From an uncultured Gemmatimonadales bacterium (lineage in GTDB: Bacteria; Gemmatimonadota; Gemmatimonadetes; Gemmatimonadales; GWC2-71-9), in contig CAWGED010000005.1 of assembly GCA_963821525.1 (NCBI GenBank), positions 192,001 to 256,000 on the forward strand: 64,000 nucleotides of DNA, read 5' to 3'. Position 1 is the first letter of the stretch; each line of letters opens with the position of its first letter. Under the pieces are notes generated by a model. It saw only the letters and a program-made list of their open reading frames with translations. It ran no database searches and was not told where the DNA came from. Of the stretch, positions 54,885 to 64,000 are shown piece by piece. A program made the translations under genes and the position numbers.

Positions 54885-55961
54885 TCAATCATCTGAGACG
54901 AGGGAACGATACACAGGGAGATGCTCACTTGCCATCCTTTCATCACTGAATACCACGGTCCGGTGGCGGCCTGCTGTCGTAAGCCTCTCTCGTTCAACCG
55001 GATCGGCCAGAATCCGTTCGACGGCCGCGGCGATTTGATCGGGTCTGCCCTTGGAGCAAATCACTCCAGCCTGAGTTCCCACAATCTCGGGCAATCCTCC
55101 GGCATCGGTGGTCACTACAGGCACGCCGAGTGCCATCGCATCGAGAACCGAAGTGCCTAGGCCTTCTTCACTTGAGCTCATGACGAAGACATCTGCGTCG
55201 GCAATGAGCGACACTCCATCGGGAATCGTTCCCAGAAGGTGGACAACTCCCGTAAGGCCTGCCTCTGCTACCTGCACTTCAATTTCGTTTCTAAGGGGTC
55301 CGTCACCCGCGACTACCCAATGCAGGTCGGGCAGGCGGGGCCGGAGCAGGCGGGCGGTCTCGACTAGTGTGTGATGATCCTTGTGCCCGACCAGTGCCGC
55401 CACGTTGACGGCGATCCGGCAGTTGTGTCCCAAGCCGAGCGACTCTCGAATATTGAGCGGCTGAGTTTCGGCATGGTGGCTTGGAGATCGATGCCCGAGT
55501 GGATGACGGAGATCCGGTCGGGCGCGACTCCACTCGTGATCAGCACTTCCCGAACGGCCTGCGATATCGCAATGACGCGATTGGCCTGTCGCCAGGGCCA
55601 GGGCCGCCGAAGCGGAAAGTCCACTCGGCGAGTTGCGACGAGGGCTGCACCGGTCCAGCGGGCACAGAGTGCGGCAAGAGCGAGAGCATGGCCGTCGTGG
55701 GCGTGGAGAATCGGGCGGACGCTACCACGCGTGACGCGAAGGAGCGGCAGAATCACCCGCGGGTCGAGTCCTGCGCTCCACGGTACCGATTCGACCGATA
55801 CTCCGGCGCTCCGGAGCCGGCGTTCGAGCTCGCTGTTGCGCGGAAGTTATCACTGTCTGGCTCAGGTCCCGCTCGCGGCCCAGCGCGCGGGCAAGCAGTA
55901 GAACCTGGCGCTGCCCCCCTCGCCATTCGCGACCGGAGGCAACGTGGATGATACGCGGCAT
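54885..55961 (-). CDS. Glycosyltransferase family 4 (frameshifts)
   Basis: WRGGQRQV, HAHDGHA, TRRVDFP, SSSEEGLGTSVLDAM. Confidence 0.87.
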
Positions 55962-55963
55962 CC

Positions 55964-57866
55964 TCAGTGATCGAGGGCCCGTCGTCTCGTCACCGGCGGC
56001 AACTGGGAGAATTCCCGAAGCAGCCCGCGCAGTTCGCTCAGACTGAATGGTTTGCGTAGCCACGGCCGGTGCTGTTTCTCCAGAAACTGCAGGGTGTCGC
56101 CACGAATCGTGTCTCCGGTGCTGAATGCCACCCGGTCGGCCATGCTGGGGAAACGGCGGCCCAGCTCCTCGTAGAATTCCTGGCCTCCGGTTCGCGGCAT
56201 GCGCAGGTCGGAGATGATCAGGTCGTAGGCGGCTTCTCCAACCTGGGCCAGAGCGGCCTGGCCATCGGCCGCAACGTCAACCTTGTGTCCCCAAGCCTCG
56301 AGGGTGGCACGGACGTAGTGAAGAATGTGGGGCTCATCGTCAACCACCAGAACTCTCAGTGGACGAATGGCAACCGGGGGAGCTTCCTCGGCCGGCGGCC
56401 GGTGGAGGTGTTGGTCGAGCGGGGAGTTCGACGGTAAAGGTGGCACCCTCTCCCGGTCGGGTGGACAGACCGATCATGCCCTGGTGTTCCTTCACGATTC
56501 CCTGGCTGATCGAGAGGCCGAGCCCGGTGCCCTCGCCCTCGGGCTTGGTGGTAAAGAACGGCTCGAAGGCCCGGGCCGCGAGTGACTCATCCATTCCGGG
56601 CCCGTCGTCCGCCACGGTCACCGACACTCCACCGAGCCAGCGTCGAGCCTGAATCCGGATGGTGCCCGGGCGTCCGGTGGATGCGATAGCCTGTGCGGCG
56701 TTGTTGATCAGGTTGACGAACACCTGCTGGATTTGCACCGGATCGAGATCCAGTTCCGGCACATCGGGGTCGCAGGAGAGCTCCGCCTCGACGCCCACCG
56801 CCATGAGCTGATTTCGAAGAAGAGTGAGCGTCGCTTCGAGCAGGGAACGCATCGAGGTCGGCCTGCGACGATGCTCCTGCTTCCGGGCGAACCCAAGGAG
56901 ATTCTTGACGATCAGGGCCGCGCGTTCGGCCTCCTGCTGGATCACCAGCAGCGGTTCGCGAATGCGGGGCGGCACTTCGCTGAACTCGGCGAGATAGTCG
57001 GCAAAGCCCACGACTGAAGTGAGCGGGTTGTTGAGGTCGTGCGCGATGCCCGCGATCAGCTGGCCGATCGCGGACAGCTTTTCCGACTGTACCAACTGAT
57101 CCTGGAGACGTTGCCGTTCGGTCTGGTCGCTGAGCAGCAGTACACCCTCCCGCTCTCCCCGCCGCTGATGGGGAAGACGGTCGCTCCATAAATGCGGTCC
57201 CGATGTCTGAGCGTAGCCGAGGTCGCGGTGCCCGCCTCGCCCAAGGGCCTGACGGATCCCGGGGTGCCAGTCCTGCGGCATCAGTTCATGCCAGGGCCGA
57301 CCCACAAGGGTGGAGATCGGAATCTCGAGTAACTCGGCAAGTGCGCGATTAGCCCGCTGGACCCGGCCGCCTGGTTCGATGATGCACAGCGCGAGGGAAA
57401 CAGCATCCAGCGTCTCTTCCCACGCACGCTTCGAATTGTCGGCCAGCTCAACGACTCTCGCGCTATCGAGTGCCACACCGGCCGCAGCGGCGAGCGCTTC
57501 AAGCAGAGCAAGGTTGGGACTGCTAGGGTGCTCCAGGCGGGCGAGCAGCACTCCAAGCCCCGGTCTTCGCGTGTGCAGGCGCACGGCGATCAGCGTGCTG
57601 GTACCGTTGGCGTCGCTGACCGGCTCCGTTCTACTGAGTGCCGCCTCGATCAGCCGCCGGTTTTCTCCCAGGCTTCTATCGCCACTCACAGTTTCGAGTT
57701 GGAGGGTTTCGGGGTGTAAAAGCGCCACCGCGCTTGCCACTGGCCCGAAGGTTGCTTTGACTTGAGCGACAAGGAGATCCGCGACCGATTGCGGACGCAG
57801 GGTGCCGGCAAGCGACCGGGCAAAGGCGGTAACTACCGAGAGGTCACGACCGGGAGAGTCTGTCAT
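55964..57866 (-). CDS. Hybrid sensor histidine kinase, GAF-PAS-HK-REC (frameshifts)
   Basis: GIAHDLNNPL, NLINNA, DDGPG, PFFTTK.GEGTGLGL; REC VLVVDDE..SDLRMP..KPF. Confidence 0.9.
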
Positions 57867-58545
57867 GATTCTCGCCAACATTCGTGGTCAACTGAAGCCA
57901 AACGACCTGCAGCTGGTTCTTCTGCTGTTGAGCCGAGGCTCCGCAACGCGTCGAGCGCTGCTGGAACGGCGACTCACTGAGGAAGGGCCTGACAGCCTTC
58001 TCGAATCTCCCGATCTGCCTGAAGCACTCCTCGCCGTTCGGACCATCCTTGTCCCGAGTCCCGCGCTGTTCTTCTATGTGATGGTTCGCCACGCGCTGCG
58101 TACCGCGGAGGTGGACGACCGGGAGTTGGCGGACTACCTCGCGTCGATGCTGCTGGAGTTCGGGCGTCGGGAGCGGGCCTACCAAGTCGACTGGAACGAC
58201 GACCAGCGGCATCGCTACATGATCGATATCCTGGCGGATCTCGAGCTCTCGCAGGGCGCGCGACGATTCAAGGTGATGGTCCATCTGGGCAATTACGCGC
58301 TCTGGCTGGCAGGGCTCTTTCCGGACTACATCGCGGCGCGACAGCTTCGGAGCGGCGGCCCGGATCTCAGCTACTACGATACGCTCGGTCGCCGGGGCTT
58401 CGAGCTCGCTTCGGACCACGCGCTGGCCGACCACTACAACCTCGAGACGGTTTTTCGCTCGGCGGCCGAACGCTATCCCGAAGTTCGCGGTGCGCTCAAC
58501 GACATCAGCGAGCGCGTCTTTTTCCCTTCCGGCTACCTCCACTGA
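57865..58545 (+). CDS. Conserved hypothetical helical protein
   Basis: MILANIRG start; ADYLASML, HLGNYALWLAGLFPD, YYDTLGRRGF. Confidence 0.7.
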   Translation: MILANIRGQLKPNDLQLVLLLLSRGSATRRALLERRLTEEGPDSLLESPDLPEALLAVRTILVPSPALFFYVMVRHALRTAEVDDRELADYLASMLLEFGRRERAYQVDWNDDQRHRYMIDILADLELSQGARRFKVMVHLGNYALWLAGLFPDYIAARQLRSGGPDLSYYDTLGRRGFELASDHALADHYNLETVFRSAAERYPEVRGALNDISERVFFPSGYLH

Positions 58546-59288
58546 TCCTGCCGGGCTGCGGTCGAAGCCCGGTTCGCCTCTCGCACCAGAGCCTGAAACA
58601 ATCCCAAATCAGGTCGATTCCGCCTCGGCGTGGAACTCCTCCGGATGCCACTGCACGGCGAGGAGCCAGGCCAGGCCCTGCTTCCTGTTCCAATCCTTCG
58701 GCCAAGCCGTCAGGCGACAGAGCGGAAACCTTGAGGCCCGGCGCCAGCTTGCGAATGCCCTGATGATGGAACGAGTTCACCTCGAGTTGCGTGGCTCCCA
58801 AGGCCTTAGCCAGTATCGTCTGGGGCACGACCTCAACTCGGTGGGACTGCGGTCGTTCCTCGCGCCCTTCTGCCGGTGATCGATCTCCGCCGGACGCTGG
58901 CTCGGCAGGTCCTGCCAGAGCGTGCCGCCCAAGGCGACGTTCACCAGTTGGAAGCCGCGGCAGATCGCGAGCGTCGGCACCTGCCGCTCGCGGCGCGGCG
59001 CGGAACACCGCCAGCTCGAACGCGTCCCGCTGAGGATCGATCGGATCGAGCGAAGGATGAGGAGCCTCGCCGTAGTGCGAGGGATCCATGTCGTCTCCGC
59101 CGGTGAGCAGCAGACCGTCCACCGTCTCCACCACCTGTCCGGCGAGCTCCGGGCCCAACAGCGGCGAAAGAATCAGGGGGATTCCGCCGGCCCGAAGCAC
59201 GCTGCGCACGTAGGCGGACGTTCACCCCGCTGCGGTCCGCGCCGCTTACGGCCCGAGTCAGTCCAGTGACACCGATCCTTGGCGTCAT
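58505..59288 (-). CDS. Peptidase C26 / gamma-glutamyl-GABA hydrolase family (frameshifts; end uncertain)
   Basis: GLLLTGGDD, AICRGFQLVNVALGGTL, VNSFHHQ, QWHPE. Confidence 0.85.
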
Positions 59289-59767
59289 GGGTGCACCGAG
59301 TCCGGGAAGAATGGGCATCGTGGGTCCTCGTACCGCTCGACGGGGAGCTGGATTCCGAGCAGTGGTACCATGACGGAATCAATAGCCACCGAGCCAAGCT
59401 CCGGTGCGCCCTTGATCGGGGCGGATTCATAAAGCATCACGCCACGCGGCTTCCCGGTGGGATCTACCACGAGCACCCCAAAACCTGGCCGCACCTTGCT
59501 GGGAAGATTTCCTTCCATTCCGATCACCAGTTTTTCCCCGGTCCGCCCGGCGATGGCGGAGTAGGCCGGTCCGGCGGCAAGGCGGACGACGACTCGCTCC
59601 GGCAGGGCCGAGGGCGGAGTGCTCAGGGTCTGGTCCGGGACTCCGAATTGTTCCAGCAGCAGGCTGGCGCCCGCCATCGCGGTGAACCCGCAGGTGGCAC
59701 CACCCGAAGGCTTGCCACATGCCCCCAGGACGACCAGAAGCAGCGGAGTGAAACGGGTCATCCACAT
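59285..59767 (-). CDS. Hypothetical lipoprotein
   Basis: Lipobox LGAC; stop overlaps the C26 start. Confidence 0.6.
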   Translation of the reverse strand: MWMTRFTPLLLVVLGACGKPSGGATCGFTAMAGASLLLEQFGVPDQTLSTPPSALPERVVVRLAAGPAYSAIAGRTGEKLVIGMEGNLPSKVRPGFGVLVVDPTGKPRGVMLYESAPIKGAPELGSVAIDSVMVPLLGIQLPVERYEDPRCPFFPDSVHP

Positions 59768-59833
59768 GCCGTAAGTTAACACCCGGGCGACGGTTCCTTG
59801 ACGGTCGGTGGGTCGGTACCGTAGCATTTGGGC

Positions 59834-59998
59834 ATGGCCCTCTATGAATATCGTTGTACCGCCTGCGACCACATCTTTTCGGTGTTCCATCCGGTCGAGG
59901 AGCACGGGAAGGCGCGGGTGACCTGCCCCAAATGCAAGTCGGCGAAAGTCGAACAGGTCTTTTCTCCGTTCTACGCCAAGACCGTCCGGAAATCCTGA
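59834..59998 (+). CDS. FmdB-family zinc-ribbon protein (54 aa; not in ORF track)
   Basis: MALYEYRCTACDH...TCPKCKS...VFSPFYAKTVRKS*. Confidence 0.85.
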   Translation: MALYEYRCTACDHIFSVFHPVEEHGKARVTCPKCKSAKVEQVFSPFYAKTVRKS

Positions 59999-60000
59999 GC

Positions 60001-60453
60001 GTGTTCGAAGGACTGCGCGGGCGTGCGCGGGCAGCGGCCCTGCAGGCCGCGGTCATCGAGGCCAAGGTGGCGGTCGGTCTCTTGCGTGACGGCATCGCGG
60101 CGACGGAGCGCGAGCTCGCGCTGGAACAAAGGCATTTGGGGGACGCCGAGCGGCGTGGTGAACTCGCACGGCAGATTCCCGATCCCGAAACCGTCGCGAT
60201 TGCGGAACGGTTCGCGGCCAAACACCGGGAGCGGGCCACCGTTCTGGAACGGAAGCTGTCCGTCCAGAGAGACGAACTGGTGCTGGCGGAGCGCGAGCTG
60301 GCGGAGATGACCGAAGCCCTGAAAAACCCGGCGGGCGAGACCGACGCCGATGATCCGGCCCTGAAAATCCGGATGGACCGCGCCGGCTATGAGGCGGCCG
60401 CCGAGGCGCAGCTCGCGCACCTGAAGAGGAAGCTGGGAAAGGACAAACCGTGA
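60001..60453 (+). CDS. Coiled-coil protein, PspA/IM30-like
   Basis: GTG start; ERRGELARQI.D, ends AEAQLAHLKRKLGK. Confidence 0.6.
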   Translation: MFEGLRGRARAAALQAAVIEAKVAVGLLRDGIAATERELALEQRHLGDAERRGELARQIPDPETVAIAERFAAKHRERATVLERKLSVQRDELVLAERELAEMTEALKNPAGETDADDPALKIRMDRAGYEAAAEAQLAHLKRKLGKDKP

Positions 60454-60651
60454 GACCAACGGTGATTGCTCGTCCTGCAACATCCCGCCGACCTCTCGCT
60501 CACAACTAATAAAGTCGCAAACCGCTGGTGACCTGCGGTCCCGGGAGATGTTCGGGGTCAGAATTCTGTCAGAGCTTGCGGTCGCTCGTACGCGGCACGT
60601 GATTGGCTGCTAGCGTTCACTGGGAAATCCCCCTCTAAGGAGAAAACCACC

Positions 60652-62212
60652 TTGGCGACGACGTCCGCACCGCCCTCGCAGCACGCGCCGGCGGCGGGGC
60701 AATCCGCGCAGCATGACGCCGCCTTCTTCGGGCACCCCCGCGGGCTGGCGACACTTTTCTTCACCGAGATGTGGGAGCGGTTCGCCTACTACGGCAAGCG
60801 CGCCATCCTGATCCTCTTCATGACGGCCTCGGCCGCGGCCGGCGGACTGGGCTGGGACGTCGCGAAGGCCGGTGCGGTCTACGGGACCTACGTCGCGCTG
60901 GTGTACATGCTGTCGCTGCCGGGCGGGTGGATGGCCGACAAGATCCTGGGGCTCCGCCGGGCGGTGCTCTACGGCGGCATCTTCATCATGTGCGGGCAGA
61001 TCTGTCTCGCCATTCCGGGGAGCACGCTCTTCTTCCCGGGACTGGCCTGCATCATCATCGGCACCGGATTGCTCAAGCCCAACGTCAGCGCGATCGTGGG
61101 TGAGCTGTATACCCAGGAAGATCGCCGGCGGGACGCCGGCTTTTCGATTTTCTACATGGGGATCAACCTCGGCGCATTCATCTCCCCGCTGGTCGTCGGA
61201 TCGCTGGCTCAGGGCAGCACGTTCCAGGGCTTTCTGCAGAACATGGGATTCGATCCCCGCAATTCATGGCATTGGGGATTCGGGATCGGCTCGCTGGGCA
61301 TGCTGTTCGGCCTCATTCAGTACATGCGAGGCTGGAAGTACCTGGGTGAAGCGGGCATCCATCCCAGTGTAACGCCGGCGTCGCCGCAGGGCGCGCAGGC
61401 CCGGCGCCAGGTCTGGATCGGTGCGCTCGTAATCATCGCCATCATCGGCCTCATCGCCGCGCTGGTGCAGCAGAATGTGATCTCGATTCAGACCGTCACC
61501 AATGGATTCAGCTGGCTCTACCTCGCGATCGTGGTCGGCTTCTTCGTCTGGCTCTTCCAGTTCGGCCAATGGACCAGGGAGGAACGGAAGCGACTGATCG
61601 TGATCCTGGTGCTGTTCTGCTCCGCGGCGGTGTTCTGGTCGGCGTTCGAGCAGGCCGCATCCAGCCTGAATCTGTTCGCCCAGCGGAACACCGATACCAA
61701 GTTCCTGGGCATCGCGTTCCCGCCGAGCTGGCTCCAGTCGGTGAACGCCGCTGATGATCATCATCTTCGCCCCCGTCTTCGCCTGGCTCTGGATACGGTT
61801 GGGCAAGCATGATCCCTCGAGTCCCACCAAGTTCGCCTTCGGCCTGCTCTTCGTAGGGCTCGGATTCGCCGTCATGATCGGCGCGGCAGCTGCGTCGGCG
61901 AGCGGTCAGCTGGTCAGTCCGATGTGGCTGATGGTCACCTACTTCCTGCACACTGTCGGCGAGCTCTGCCTGAGCCCGGTCGGACTTTCTTCGATGACGC
62001 GGCTCGCCCCGGACCGGGTGAAGGGCATGATGATGGGTGTGTGGTTCCTGGCAACGTCGGTGGGCAACCTGATCGCCGGCCGGGTGGCCGGCTTCTACAC
62101 TTCGTTCTCGCTCACCCAGCTGTTCGGCGCGGTCACGGTCTTCGCACTCGTCGCGAGCCTGATCATGTTCCTGCTGGTCCGGCCCATCAAGCAGATGCTG
62201 GCGAGGGACTAG
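60652..62212 (+). CDS. POT/PTR peptide:H+ symporter (frameshift ~61752)
   Basis: FFGHPRGL..FFTEMWERF, GLLKPN, FYMGINLG, GELCLSPVGLS. Confidence 0.93.
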
Positions 62213-62214
62213 GA

Positions 62215-63222
62215 TTACTTACTCTTGAACACCCGGAAGAGGTAGCGCAGAGAAGGGAACAAGACCGCCGCACCCAGGGCCAGGGCAGCCAAGGTGAGCT
62301 GCAGGGTTATCCGAGGTGCGGCGGCGTCTTTTATGGTGAGGTCGGGAGGAAGCAGGTAAGGATACTGCGCCGCCGCCCACCCCCAGATGATGCAGCTGAG
62401 CTGTGCCGCGGCCGCAAACCGTGCCAGGTGCCACCGCCGCTTCCAGAGTGCCAGCAGCGCAGTCACTGCAAAGGCTCCGGTGAGCAGGTGAATCGGGATC
62501 GCGCGAGTGGAGCCGAGCAGCCCCTCCTCCATGAGCGGCGCATCGCGGAGCGCCGTCAGCAGAGTCAGCACCGCCGCCACAAAGCAGAGCCCGCCCGCGA
62601 CGAGCGCCCGGGTCCGGAAATCCTCCTTCAAAGATTCGCTGTCCGCCTCGATGGTGAGATAGACCGCCGCGAGGAACGCGAACAACACCACCGTGAAGAG
62701 CCCCAGCGACAGGGCGAACGGCGTGAGCCATGGAGAGACATAGCCGGCGAGAAAATCGGTTCCTGCCGGCGGACGACGGACGCGCCCCGATGCGATCGCG
62801 CCCACACACACCCCCAACAAGAACGGAGTCAGCAGGCTCGCGATGGAAAAGGTCCGGCCCCAGCGGCGCTGGGCCACATCGTGATGGGTATCGTAGGAGC
62901 GGAAGATGAAGGCGGATCCCCGGAGCACGATGCCGAAGAGCATCAGGGTGAGCGGGATGTGGAGACCCACCGCGACGCGGCTGAACCCGAGGGGGAAACA
63001 GGTGAAGAGCAGGACGACCACGAGAATCAGCCATACATGGTTCGCTTCCCACACCGGGCCGATCGCGTTGGCGATGAGCTCGCGCTGCCGGTCGCGCCGC
63101 GGCCCGGACGCAAGCAGGTCCCAGACTCCTCCACCGAAATCCGCTCCGGCCAGGAGCATGTAACCGTTCAGGGCGATGAGAATTACACCCGCGATGAGCA
63201 GCGCTTCGATCGCAGGAGACAT
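62215..63222 (-). CDS. cydB: Cytochrome bd oxidase subunit II
   Basis: GADFGGGVWD, IGPVWEANHVWLI, LRGSAF. Confidence 0.92.
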   Translation of the reverse strand: MSPAIEALLIAGVILIALNGYMLLAGADFGGGVWDLLASGPRRDRQRELIANAIGPVWEANHVWLILVVVLLFTCFPLGFSRVAVGLHIPLTLMLFGIVLRGSAFIFRSYDTHHDVAQRRWGRTFSIASLLTPFLLGVCVGAIASGRVRRPPAGTDFLAGYVSPWLTPFALSLGLFTVVLFAFLAAVYLTIEADSESLKEDFRTRALVAGGLCFVAAVLTLLTALRDAPLMEEGLLGSTRAIPIHLLTGAFAVTALLALWKRRWHLARFAAAAQLSCIIWGWAAAQYPYLLPPDLTIKDAAAPRITLQLTLAALALGAAVLFPSLRYLFRVFKSK

Positions 63223-64000
63223 CAGCCCTTCACCTCGATCTTGGGGCCGGGCGTATAGCTGCGGCTCCAGTCTCTGGTCACCGGGCTTCTGATGATCTGG
63301 GAGTAGAGCATCCAGGCGACGATCGTGCCGAGGAAGAGATAGAGCAGCGTAATCAGGGTAAACGGCACTACGAGGCCCGGCATCGGAGTGACTGCCTCCG
63401 CCGTTCTCAAGACACCGGTGATGATCCACGGTTGCCGGCCAACCTCGGTCACCACCCAGCCCGCTTCGATGGCGAGAAACCCCATCGGACCGGCCAGGAT
63501 GATCGCCTTGAGCAGGGTACGATTCTGCGGAATTTCGCGGCGTCGTAAGGCTGTAATCGCCACCCACAGAGCGAGGAGAGCCATGTAGCTGCCGAGCCCC
63601 ACCATGATCTGAAATGCCAGGTGGACGATCGTGACGTGGGGCCAATCTTCACGGGGTACCTGGTCGAGGCCCTTCACCTCCGCGTGGGGATCATGATACG
63701 CCAGGAGTGACAGTCCGTAGGGAATCTCGATTCCAAAGCGAACCTCCCGCCGTTCAATGTCAGGCAGCCCGCCGATCAGGAGTGGGGCTCCGCGCCGGGT
63801 CTCGAAGACGGACTCCATCGCGGCGAGTTTGGCCGGCTGATACTCGGCTACGTTCCGGGCGCTGATGTCCCCCGAGACAGGCTGCAGCAGGGCGGCCGGT
63901 GTTCCGACCATGAGGCCGATCTGCAGGGCCCGCCGGTGGAAGGCGTTCATGGGATCGCCGAGGAGGAAGACCGCATGGACCGCGGAGACGGCGAGGCCGG
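63222..64000 (-). CDS. cydA: Cytochrome bd oxidase subunit I, C-terminal part (partial)
   Basis: QPAKLAAME, AFQIMVG, EAGWVVTEVGRQPW. Confidence 0.95.
   Translation of the reverse strand, partial: GLAVSAVHAVFLLGDPMNAFHRRALQIGLMVGTPAALLQPVSGDISARNVAEYQPAKLAAMESVFETRRGAPLLIGGLPDIERREVRFGIEIPYGLSLLAYHDPHAEVKGLDQVPREDWPHVTIVHLAFQIMVGLGSYMALLALWVAITALRRREIPQNRTLLKAIILAGPMGFLAIEAGWVVTEVGRQPWIITGVLRTAEAVTPMPGLVVPFTLITLLYLFLGTIVAWMLYSQIIRSPVTRDWSRSYTPGPKIEVKG

Noticed and set aside
60454..60651. Possible riboswitch upstream of the POT transporter
   Set aside because: No recognisable aptamer consensus or convincing terminator by eye

Overview
High-GC bacterial chromosomal segment, most likely Gemmatimonadota (inferred from gene content, protein style and repeat types; not verified). 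Single-base indels interrupt many genes, including essential ones (atpG, atpD, dnaE, pdhA/C, lpdA, lipB), which points to an unpolished long-read assembly rather than pseudogenisation; coordinates of those genes are reconstructed across frames. Housekeeping content: end of the atp operon, waaA-like, TPM/NTase/LemA, metG-ricT-accA-dnaE-hisIE, lipA-pdhABC-lpdA-lipB, thiO, glycosyltransferases, a POT transporter and cydAB. Most notable: (1) at 36.3-42.8 kb, a PQQ alcohol-dehydrogenase-type gene with a lanthanide-type ligand set, flanked by two sulfocyanin-like cupredoxins (one with Glu at the axial Met position), a porin and an OFA-family transporter with an unlisted small subunit, with no cytochrome c; (2) an ECF sigma/RskA + DUF4331x2/TPR/HupE/DUF6702 module with two matching promoter-like motifs; (3) a ~200-nt structured unit at 6.0-6.25 kb with a 13-nt anti-SD-complementary site and a 19-aa ORF, upstream of a CPBP protease; (4) recurrent families of 7-8-nt tandem repeats, often as inverted pairs, some inside signal-peptide codons. 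No rRNA, tRNA, CRISPR array or transposase was recognised.
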